IMG/VR virus record: IMGVR_UViG_3300033182_000769 | Span: 32,001 to 96,000 of that record | Source: a virus | Length of the DNA stretch: 64,000 nucleotides | Direction: 5' to 3' (one strand) | Shown: piece after piece, positions 27,922 through 35,785 of the stretch | How the letters are laid out: each line of letters opens with the position of its first letter | How positions within the stretch are numbered: position 1 is the stretch's first letter | Notes under the pieces: model-generated | What the model was told of the DNA's origin: nothing | Databases searched by the model: none | What the model saw: the letters and a program-made list of their open reading frames with translations, nothing else | Program-made: the position numbers and the translations under genes

Positions 27922-28482
27922 GCCCGCACCGGCGCAGTTATGGTGCCCTGAATCCCTTCTGATGTGAGAGGGTAAGGAATCTGGTTGGTAGCAGAGAACT
28001 CAGCCACTACCCGTAATGGATGAGGATCGCTTAAACCCTGCGATTTGGCTGTTTGATAGGAATGTTAAAAGGTAAAAAGAGAGTAGAGAATACTCAGGCT
28101 TATTATAGAAGTCAGCGTTTTTATAATAAGTTGCCGTTGTACGTAAGATACGAGGACGGGTTGAGCAGGTAACGGACAACCGCCTGCGCAATGTGCAATA
28201 ATTTGCACATTATAGTACAAAAAGTACATTAATGTGCATATTTTTGCACATTATAGACCTAACGCTGTTGTGAACTGGGGAACACAGATAATGTTCAAAA
28301 CCCTTTGAGCCCGGCAACGGGCTTATTGTGACTGAAGAATCAAGATAATGCTAAAACTGCTTCGCAGTTAATATTTCTCCCACATAAAACATTTCACATC
28401 TTGCACATCTTGCTAATTATTAGAGAAGAGAAAGTGGCGCTTGAGCAAAGCGAAAAGCGCAAGCGAGCTTTAGCTCGCTTTT
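27922..28482 (+). ncRNA. Candidate large structured ncRNA (~560 nt) of unassigned class
   Basis: Largest non-coding gap in the window, with more than 12 helices. Features include GNRA loops (GCAA, GTAA), a 7-bp loop-to-distal pairing (CAGCGTT 28113-28119 / AACGCTG 28261-28267) and a terminal hairpin followed by Ts. Confidence 0.65.
28190..28256. repeat. Two 26-nt palindromic direct repeats, AATGTGCA-N6-TGCACATTATAG, period 41 nt
   Basis: 28190-28215 and 28231-28256 are 22/26 identical, with all differences in the loop. Confidence 0.9.
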
Positions 28483-28484
28483 AA
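28461..28484 (+). terminator. Hairpin AAGCGAGC-TTTA-GCTCGCTT with a short T run; probable 3' end of the gp47-gp46-GIY-YIG-RNA transcript
   Basis: Perfect 8-bp stem immediately before the next late promoter. The U-tract is short. Confidence 0.5.
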
Positions 28485-28485
28485 A

Positions 28486-28492
28486 ATAAATA
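28486..28492 (+). promoter_or_regulatory. Late promoter ATAAATA
   Basis: 27 nt upstream of ATG 28519, with an AGGA RBS. Confidence 0.65.
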
Positions 28493-28518
28493 ACACATAT
28501 GTTAGGAACACTTTAATA

Positions 28519-29895
28519 ATGCGTATTAATGATTTAATCTCTGAAAATAATGTAGAGCTCGATGAAAAAGCACAAGGTATGTTATCTCGTATGGGTAACA
28601 AACTTCTTAAGAAGATGCCTGGACAAATGGGTGCTAATGCAGATGTTCGTTTACAAATTGGAGATGAAGCCAACGCATTACAAAAAGATTATTATCGCTA
28701 TCTTGCAGGAACAAAACAGCAGCCAACTTCAGATAATGTACTTGCATTTCTTAGAAAGCGTGGTTATCCTACAGGAAACGTTGAAAAACTCATTGGAGTT
28801 GAAACAACTTCAAGCAAAGTTGGTAAAGCAGTGGGCAAAGGCGCGGTTAATGTTGCTAAAGGTGTAAAAGCAGCAGCATCTGGTATTGCTGACTTAGGAA
28901 AAGCAGCAGTTGACGGTGCTAAAGCAGGCATGGCTGCACAAGATAATAAGCAAGGTCCACAAGCAGATGCTCCTAAAGCAGAACCTACACAACAAGTAGC
29001 AGCACCTAAACAAGATATTGCTGCGGCTAACGCTGATCGATCGCAAAATGCGGCTCCTGCTCCGCAGGCTGCTAAACCTGCACCTGACAAGAGTGCAGAA
29101 CAACCAACCAAGGCTGTTCCAAGTGGTGACGGTATTAAAATTGCCGCTGCTAAGAAAAAGCCATCAGGTAACGTACAACCAAAAATAGCCGCCGGTGAAA
29201 GTGTTGATTATACTATTGAAGCACTTATGGAAAAACTGTCAGGCGGTCAACTTGATAAAATCTTTATGTTGGCTGTGCAAGATGCTGTACGTAGAGACTA
29301 CGGCGGTGAAAAAGTTGACACGGGCACAGGCTCTGCTCCAGAAGGTGATAACAGTTTCTTTGGTGGGGTTAAGAAAGGTGCTGATGCTGCTAAAGATACT
29401 CCAACAGCAGCAAGCAAGCCTGAACCAGCAGCAGATGAACCTGAGCAAGAAGCACCGGCTGAGCCAAAATATAAAGCAGGTGATGTTGTTACTTGGAAAA
29501 ATAAAAACGACCAAGACGTTAAGGCATACGTTATTCACGCTAACGACAAAGAAATTGAATATGCTCAGAGTGTTGCAGGCCAACGTCATTCAAAATTGCC
29601 TCTTGATGCACACCCTGAACTTAAAGTAATTGACAATCAACCGCAAGCAGCCAAGGCATTACTACAAAAGTTTCCAGAGCCGCAGTTAATTAAACAAACT
29701 GCACCACAACCTACACAAAGCGATACAAGTCAGAGTGGCGCTGCCGTTAAGGATAATGGGCAGCAGCAGACGCAACCTGCGCAGGACCAAAAGGTTGGCG
29801 CCACACCATCACAACAACCGTTGCCAACGAATGTTAAAAATATACTTGATAAATTAACGCAGGCAGAAAAGTCATCGCTATTAGGAATGTTATAA
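28519..29895 (+). CDS. Hypothetical low-complexity (A/K/P/Q-rich) protein, putative internal head protein
   Basis: Late promoter upstream. N-terminus MRINDLISE...LDE resembles capsid-targeting, protease-cleaved leaders. Translationally coupled to the next ORF. Confidence 0.6.
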   Translation: MRINDLISENNVELDEKAQGMLSRMGNKLLKKMPGQMGANADVRLQIGDEANALQKDYYRYLAGTKQQPTSDNVLAFLRKRGYPTGNVEKLIGVETTSSKVGKAVGKGAVNVAKGVKAAASGIADLGKAAVDGAKAGMAAQDNKQGPQADAPKAEPTQQVAAPKQDIAAANADRSQNAAPAPQAAKPAPDKSAEQPTKAVPSGDGIKIAAAKKKPSGNVQPKIAAGESVDYTIEALMEKLSGGQLDKIFMLAVQDAVRRDYGGEKVDTGTGSAPEGDNSFFGGVKKGADAAKDTPTAASKPEPAADEPEQEAPAEPKYKAGDVVTWKNKNDQDVKAYVIHANDKEIEYAQSVAGQRHSKLPLDAHPELKVIDNQPQAAKALLQKFPEPQLIKQTAPQPTQSDTSQSGAAVKDNGQQQTQPAQDQKVGATPSQQPLPTNVKNILDKLTQAEKSSLLGML

Positions 29896-31931
29896 TGAGA
29901 ATTACAAACGTTACAGAACAAGTTTTAACAGAGCAAATGATTGCAGAACGTTTTGTTAAAGACATTGAGCATTATGTTATTGAAGCAAACTTAACTGCTG
30001 ATCAAATTAACGATATTTTTACAGCCGCTGAAACAGGCCAAACAAACGCAGGCAATAATAGAACCGCAATCGGCAAAGGTAAAGACGCAGCAGACTTTAT
30101 TAATAACAAAATGAAAGAGTTAACCAAAGCAGTGGCTAACTCGGGTCCAGTACAAAACATGGATCAAAAGTTTGAAGAACTAAAAACAAAAATTACAGCA
30201 GAAAATCCAAAAGTAGCAGGAGCAATTCAGCAAGTAAGCGACTGGGCAAAAGCAAACCCCGGTAAGGCTTCAATTGCGGTTATGATATTAACTACTGCCG
30301 CCGGTATGGTAGGCGGACCACTCGGTGGTGCTATTGGTGGTTTCCTTGCAAGAGCAACTAAAGACCTACTAAAAGGCGACAAACTTTCAACAGCAGTTGG
30401 TAAGAGTGCTAAGACAGCAATGATTGGTGCGTTAATTGGTATGGCATCAGACTACATCGCTAAAGATGAAATTGAAGCAATTGCTACTGCCGGTAACGAT
30501 GAGATTGCTGACATTAAAGCAGCGATGTCAGACGCAAACTTTGGCGATGCTGTTGATAATATGCCACCTGATCTAAAGGCAGCATGGGAAGCAAATCCTA
30601 ATTTAGATCTTTATGATACAACCTACCGTCAAAGTATTACATTTGGCACAGGGTATGGTGCAAGTTACGACGGTGTACTAATGCCTGATCAAAAAGATAT
30701 GTTGTATTCGCTAAGTAAAACAATGGATGCAGCATGGGATGTTGATCCATTCAGTGTTGAAACACGCCAGGCAGCAATTAAGTATGTCGAATATCTTCGT
30801 AGTTTAAAAGATACAAACGCAACATTAAATGATGTGTCGGGTTGGTTGGCAGGTGCTAAAGATTTAACACCTGCACAATTGGAAATTGTAAGAACACACG
30901 AAGGTAGTTTAAAAAGTCTTGTTGACAACTTGAAAGCAGCATCAGATGCAGGTAGTGCGGCAGCACAAGGTGTTGCCACTGGAGCACTTGGTAATAAAAA
31001 GAAACCACAAGAAAGTTTTGTACCAGGTAAGAAACTATCAGAAGGACAAATCTACTTATTATTCAAAAGGTTAGCAACGGTAAACCAACAATGGTTAGAC
31101 GAAGGTATTATTTTTGAAAGTGTATTTGATGCTGTTAGAAAACAACAAATAAATGAAGAAGATTGGTTAGATACAATTAAAAAGACTGTAGGCGGTACAA
31201 TATCAAATATTAAAACAGCACGAGATATTGCACCTGACTGGGATGCTGCAATAAAAAGTAAAGACCCTGCACAAATCGAAAAAGGCATTTCTAACATGGC
31301 CGATAAGATGGGTATAGATAAAAATGATCCGGGATACAAAAACTGGGCAGGCAGCCAGAGATATAAAGCATATAAAGCCGCTGACATTATGCACGACGTA
31401 ACAAGTGCAGCCGAAAAGAAAGTTGCCCCAATGTCTACTATAGAAGTACCTGGAGTAAAAGACGACGAGTGGGTTAAATTTGGTGAACATTCTATTGAAG
31501 AAGGTCCTATGGACGCTATCAAAAAAGGTGTTGGTGCAGTTAAAGGTGCAGTCAAAGGAGCGGCAGGATTTGTCGGAGACAAATTAAAAACAGCAGGAAA
31601 AAATTTAACTACTAAAGTTACCGCTGACAAATTAAAGAAAGCATGGAAGAAAGCAGGATCTCCAACAGATTCAAATGCTGTTGCTGCTATTTTAGCACAA
31701 GCAGGTGTTAACGCAGAAGTTGTTAACACTGTTTATAAAGACATGGGTATTGAAGCACCTAAAGCCGTTCCGTCAAAACAACCTGCATCAGATGCACAAG
31801 GTGCAAGTGATACAGGTTCTCCACAAGGTTCAGAAGTAGCGAGCAGCGGAATTAATATTCAAGATTTGGCAGATACTATTAAACGTAAAGGTTATACTGC
31901 ACAGGTAAAAGCATATCTTGGCGCTGCTTAA
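29895..31931 (+). CDS. Hypothetical protein, putative internal/ejected head protein with a glycine-rich hydrophobic segment
   Basis: N-terminus MRITNVTEQVLTE, segment SIAVMILTTAAGMVGGPLGGAIGGFLA, and several hydrophobic-X-E sites. Confidence 0.6.
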   Translation: MRITNVTEQVLTEQMIAERFVKDIEHYVIEANLTADQINDIFTAAETGQTNAGNNRTAIGKGKDAADFINNKMKELTKAVANSGPVQNMDQKFEELKTKITAENPKVAGAIQQVSDWAKANPGKASIAVMILTTAAGMVGGPLGGAIGGFLARATKDLLKGDKLSTAVGKSAKTAMIGALIGMASDYIAKDEIEAIATAGNDEIADIKAAMSDANFGDAVDNMPPDLKAAWEANPNLDLYDTTYRQSITFGTGYGASYDGVLMPDQKDMLYSLSKTMDAAWDVDPFSVETRQAAIKYVEYLRSLKDTNATLNDVSGWLAGAKDLTPAQLEIVRTHEGSLKSLVDNLKAASDAGSAAAQGVATGALGNKKKPQESFVPGKKLSEGQIYLLFKRLATVNQQWLDEGIIFESVFDAVRKQQINEEDWLDTIKKTVGGTISNIKTARDIAPDWDAAIKSKDPAQIEKGISNMADKMGIDKNDPGYKNWAGSQRYKAYKAADIMHDVTSAAEKKVAPMSTIEVPGVKDDEWVKFGEHSIEEGPMDAIKKGVGAVKGAVKGAAGFVGDKLKTAGKNLTTKVTADKLKKAWKKAGSPTDSNAVAAILAQAGVNAEVVNTVYKDMGIEAPKAVPSKQPASDAQGASDTGSPQGSEVASSGINIQDLADTIKRKGYTAQVKAYLGAA

Positions 31932-32119
31932 AAGAACGGTAAGTTTGTTTTCTTAGTAGTTTCTATATTATCTTTAATAATCTCACCAATAATTTCTCTT
32001 TCCTCAAAACTCATATTCACAAGTTCACTGTAAGAAAGACCTCTCATGTACCAACACATTCTGAGTAATTCTTTCTTCAGTTCTCGTGCCTGTTTATCAA
32101 GTTTCTCGGTAAACTGCAA
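31928..32119 (-). CDS. gp51-like hub/tail assembly domain, probably expressed as a -1 frameshift extension of the gp26-like gene
   Basis: LLRMCWYMRGLSYSELVNMSFEEREII matches the gp51-like YS..E..NM...ER motif. The TTG start has no evident RBS, and the frame is open back to the slippery site. Confidence 0.65.
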   Translation of the reverse strand: MQFTEKLDKQARELKKELLRMCWYMRGLSYSELVNMSFEEREIIGEIIKDNIETTKKTNLPFF

Positions 32120-32161
32120 GATCTCCGGCGTTGAGAGGGTTAAGATCTTGCTGCGAAAAAA
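32116..32161 (-). promoter_or_regulatory. Putative programmed -1 ribosomal frameshift signal (T TTT TTC plus downstream stem-loop)
   Basis: Heptamer at 32161-32155 is in the gp26 frame. A 9-bp stem GCAAGATCT/AGATCTTGC (32151-32143 with 32124-32116) follows. Confidence 0.7.
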
Positions 32162-33003
32162 TTTGATTGATCTAAAGTAATATTGACGTCAAACTTACTA
32201 TGACATTCTGCACATTCAACTTGACGGATTTTAAAATCTAAATCTGTTTTCATTTGTTCTAAACGTCCGTAGATTGCATCAAAAATTTCTTTAGGTGCAT
32301 TACTAATAAATTCTTTAATTGTATTACTATCTTTTTCACTTCCTTCAGGAGTTTCAATTTCAGTAATACAACCTGCAATCATATCAATGCTTAATTCTGT
32401 TAGTTTAACAAAACTTGCACCAAATCGTTCAAGTTTCTCTTCGTCACTCATAGATTCACTATTCACAATGTCAAAGATTTTTTGTTGTTCGATATTCTTA
32501 ATTGCTGTTTTTGTAATTTCCCTATAGGAATATGGACGTATATGTACAGTAAGATCATCAATAACAATTGTATCTTTATAGTCAAATTGTGAGATATTAC
32601 CTAAGTAAGCAGTAAGACTTAAATTATATTCGTTTTCGTGTCCACAAGAAGTACAATTGGCCGTAACTTCTAACTCTTCGCCGTATGTTGCAATTCTAAT
32701 AGCAACAAGACACGCATCTAAGTCAATACTTGGCATCTTCCATGCATCTTTAATTGACGGAATACAACTTTGAATAACTTCAACAGTTGATTGGCCGCTC
32801 ATTAACGCATCTGGAGTTTTATACATCAATTCATCTTTAGCAGTCATAGCATAAACAGCATATTTCCCATCTTCAGAACGATCTAATGCTCCATCTGCAT
32901 AGAAGTTACCTTTACTTGGCAACTCTAAATATACTTTAGGCTGTCTATAGTACTTCTGTAAAACACTACCTTTTGGTTGTTCGGCAGTTTGATTTTGATC
33001 CAT
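32140..33003 (-). CDS. gp26: Baseplate hub assembly chaperone gp26-like
   Basis: PKVYLELPSKG, MTAKDE, IDLDACLVAIRIATYGEELEVTANCTSC, a second CxxC (CAEC) and a C-terminal NFF. Confidence 0.8.
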   Translation of the reverse strand: MDQNQTAEQPKGSVLQKYYRQPKVYLELPSKGNFYADGALDRSEDGKYAVYAMTAKDELMYKTPDALMSGQSTVEVIQSCIPSIKDAWKMPSIDLDACLVAIRIATYGEELEVTANCTSCGHENEYNLSLTAYLGNISQFDYKDTIVIDDLTVHIRPYSYREITKTAIKNIEQQKIFDIVNSESMSDEEKLERFGASFVKLTELSIDMIAGCITEIETPEGSEKDSNTIKEFISNAPKEIFDAIYGRLEQMKTDLDFKIRQVECAECHSKFDVNITLDQSNFFAARS

Positions 33004-33015
33004 TTTTTATCTCCG

Positions 33016-33053
33016 ATAAATAAACTTATAAAGTTTTCAGCATTGTATTTATA
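33016..33053. promoter_or_regulatory. Face-to-face late promoters: ATAAATA (+, 33016-33022) for the tape measure and TATAAATA (-, 33053-33046) for gp26
   Basis: Both motifs sit in the 78 nt divergent intergenic gap. The minus-strand one is a perfect T4 late consensus. Confidence 0.7.
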
Positions 33054-33081
33054 TGCGCACTTTACTGGGATAAAATAAAAT

Positions 33082-35775
33082 ATGGCAGAAGTTACAGGCG
33101 ACATTGGTGGTAGTTCGGTACAACTAAACAATGCCGCAACTGAATCAACACTAAGAGAACTCCTCGCAGCAATTAATAGTATGTCAGCCAAAATGGGTGG
33201 CAGTGGCGCCGGTGCGGCTGGTGTTGACAAACTTAGTAAAGAAGCAATAAAGGCAGCACAAGCAGGTCATCGCTTTGGCCGAGAAATGGACCGTTTAGAA
33301 GATGGTGCTGGACGATTAAAAGATGAGTTTGACGATGCTCAAGATTCGCTTGAGTCGTTTAATGCTAAAGCCAATATGGCTAAGAATGCTCTTGGAACAC
33401 TTAGTAAAGGGTTAATTGGAGCAGTTGGCATAATTGGTAACGTTGCTGGAACAGTAAGCCAGTTAGGAAATAGTTTCTCAGGCGTTGCTGATGCATTTAG
33501 TCAATTACCATTAGGTATTGGCGATGTTGTTGGAGCGGTATTTAAACCAGTTGCAGCAGCGGCTGAATCAAGTTACAAAGCATTTACTACTGGAGCATCA
33601 GTTGGTGCTAACTTCAACGGTAGTGTAAGTCAAATGATTCGTTCTGCTTCAGAAGCAGGATTAACAATAGACGATTACAGTACTATAATTTCGCAAAGCG
33701 GAGAAGCTCTACGTTACTTGGGCGGTTCTACAGAAGACGGTGCTAAAAACATGGCTCGTTTAACTGGCATTTTGCGCAAAGGCGAACAGGGATTTGGAAC
33801 ACTGAATGCCCAACTTGCAAACTTAGGTTATACAACAGCAGATACCGCTAAAGCAATGGCTACGCAAGCCAGACACAACGCTATTCTTAATAGAGGTAGA
33901 CAACTTTCTGATAAAGAATTAATTGCTTCAACAGGTTCTTATTTGAAATCGTTGGATGCTGTTTCCAAGTTAACTGGTAAGAGTAAAGAAGCACTTGAAT
34001 CTGAATTAGAACAACGAATGACCGATGCACAATTCCAGGTAGCAACTCGTGGAATGCAGGCAGAAGATGCTAAACGGTTAAGTTTGTATATGAGTACCCT
34101 TGGTCCTGAAATGGGCGATGCATTTAAAGAAATGATTGCAAGGGGTAACTTGTCCGGAGAGGCAACTCAAAAGTTGATGGAAACTAATCCTCAACTTGCA
34201 AGAGAGATGCTCGCTGCGGCAAAACAAACAAAAGCAAGCGGACAGTTTACAGCAGACGGAATGGCTGCTTTAGATGCGCAAGTTGTATCACACTCCAAGG
34301 CAATGGTTGACAATCAGAAAGTTGTTACCCAAGCAACATATATGACAGACCGTTACGGCCAGGTTTACGTTGATCAAACATTAGCAGCAAGTCGTAATGC
34401 AGACGACTTACGGAAAATTAACGAATCAGTAAGCAAAGTTCCTGATACGCTGAAAGACGGCAGCGATCGAATGGGTGCAAGTTTTAAAACAGCTCAAGAA
34501 ACAATTGCTCAAGAATCAAATAAGATGCTTGCAACACTTGTTGAAAGTGACGCATTTGATCAAATGATTGATGCATATAAAGCAGCAGCCACATTTATTA
34601 ACGAACACATGGGCGACGCCCTTAAACTTGTAACAGATAATCTTAAAGAACTTGCCCTTGCTGCTGCTGGACTATCTGCTGCAACAATGTTATTATCTGG
34701 CGTACAAGGATTTAAAGGTCTTAGAAGCGCAATTGCAGGATTTAAATCTACAAAAGCAGCCGCAGCCGCTGCTAAGACAGCACCTAAAGTAGCAGGTGCT
34801 GGTACAAGTAGAGTAACCAGCGCCGCTGGTGTAGCAGATGATGTAGCAGGAGCAGCAACTAAAGGTGCTACTTCCGCAGCAGATGATGTAGCAAGAGCAG
34901 CAGCAAACTCGGTAGACGATGTAGCAAGAGCCGGATCAAACGTTGCAGGTGCGTTAAATAAAACAGTAAAAGTGTTAGGACCTGTTGCAACTGTTGCTGC
35001 TGGAGTATATGAAGGATACACAGGATTTACAGATGCTGAAGCAAAACTTCAAGCAGGTGAAATCACTGAAAAACAAGCAAACATAGAAAAGACCGAAGCC
35101 ATAGCCGGTGCTGCAGGTGGCGCTGCCGGTGGTTGGGGCGGAGCATCAGCAGGTGCTGCCCTTGGAACATTGATATTACCGGGTGTAGGTACAGTAGTTG
35201 GCGGTATTGTTGGCGGCTTAGCAGGATACTTTGCAGGTAGTGAAGGAGCAAAAGCAATATCAGGACCAATTGCCGATGCTTTAACTGGCCCTGATACATT
35301 AAAAGATCTTGAAAACAAAGCAGCAAAATTAAGAGAAACAATAGCCGAAGGCACTGGAATTACAAATTGGTCAATTGAAGATGAACAAGCAGAGTTAGCA
35401 GAATTACAAAAACAAATTGAACGTATTAAGTTAGAGCAACTTAAAGCAGAAGCAAGACAGAATTCAAGCCCTGTTGTAAACCCAAATGCTCCAAAAATGT
35501 CTCCAGTAGATAGCGAAGTTAAAAAATTGCAAGCCGAAAAAGAAGCCGCACAAAAAGAAAAAGAAAAATTAGAAAAAGAAAAGCAAGAACAAGAAGAATT
35601 ATCAAAAGACGATCACTTAGGAGCAAGCCTTCAGAAAGACCAAACAACCTTGCTTACTAAGTTAAATAGTAACATAGAAGAATTAGTACGATTAGCAAAT
35701 ACGCAATTAACAGTTGATAAACAACAACTTAGTGCAATTCAAGGTAATTCAATGGATCTGTTTAGTACTGTATAA
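33082..35775 (+). CDS. Tail tape measure protein (897 aa)
   Basis: Long Ala/Gly-rich helical protein with a glycine-zipper hydrophobic segment (GAAGGWGGASAGAALGTLILPGVGTVVGGIVGG). Sits next to the assembly chaperone. Confidence 0.7.
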   Translation: MAEVTGDIGGSSVQLNNAATESTLRELLAAINSMSAKMGGSGAGAAGVDKLSKEAIKAAQAGHRFGREMDRLEDGAGRLKDEFDDAQDSLESFNAKANMAKNALGTLSKGLIGAVGIIGNVAGTVSQLGNSFSGVADAFSQLPLGIGDVVGAVFKPVAAAAESSYKAFTTGASVGANFNGSVSQMIRSASEAGLTIDDYSTIISQSGEALRYLGGSTEDGAKNMARLTGILRKGEQGFGTLNAQLANLGYTTADTAKAMATQARHNAILNRGRQLSDKELIASTGSYLKSLDAVSKLTGKSKEALESELEQRMTDAQFQVATRGMQAEDAKRLSLYMSTLGPEMGDAFKEMIARGNLSGEATQKLMETNPQLAREMLAAAKQTKASGQFTADGMAALDAQVVSHSKAMVDNQKVVTQATYMTDRYGQVYVDQTLAASRNADDLRKINESVSKVPDTLKDGSDRMGASFKTAQETIAQESNKMLATLVESDAFDQMIDAYKAAATFINEHMGDALKLVTDNLKELALAAAGLSAATMLLSGVQGFKGLRSAIAGFKSTKAAAAAAKTAPKVAGAGTSRVTSAAGVADDVAGAATKGATSAADDVARAAANSVDDVARAGSNVAGALNKTVKVLGPVATVAAGVYEGYTGFTDAEAKLQAGEITEKQANIEKTEAIAGAAGGAAGGWGGASAGAALGTLILPGVGTVVGGIVGGLAGYFAGSEGAKAISGPIADALTGPDTLKDLENKAAKLRETIAEGTGITNWSIEDEQAELAELQKQIERIKLEQLKAEARQNSSPVVNPNAPKMSPVDSEVKKLQAEKEAAQKEKEKLEKEKQEQEELSKDDHLGASLQKDQTTLLTKLNSNIEELVRLANTQLTVDKQQLSAIQGNSMDLFSTV

Positions 35776-35785
35776 GAGAATTTAA

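Noticed and set aside
28000-28191. 63 aa minus-strand ORF, plus 27819-28007, in the intergenic gap
   Set aside because: Non-ATG or RBS-less starts and unprotein-like composition; the region is better explained by base-pairing.
28190-28256. CRISPR mini-array
   Set aside because: Only two repeats, a 15-nt AT-rich self-palindromic spacer, and no cas genes in the window.
27922-28482. Group I intron with a GIY-YIG homing endonuclease, or RNase P RNA / tmRNA / tRNA
   Set aside because: No interrupted host gene is visible and the flanking ORFs are intact. I could not find the canonical group I P/Q/R/S words, RNase P GAGGAAAGTCC, or tRNA-like TTCGA/CCA ends. A divergent ribozyme is not excluded.
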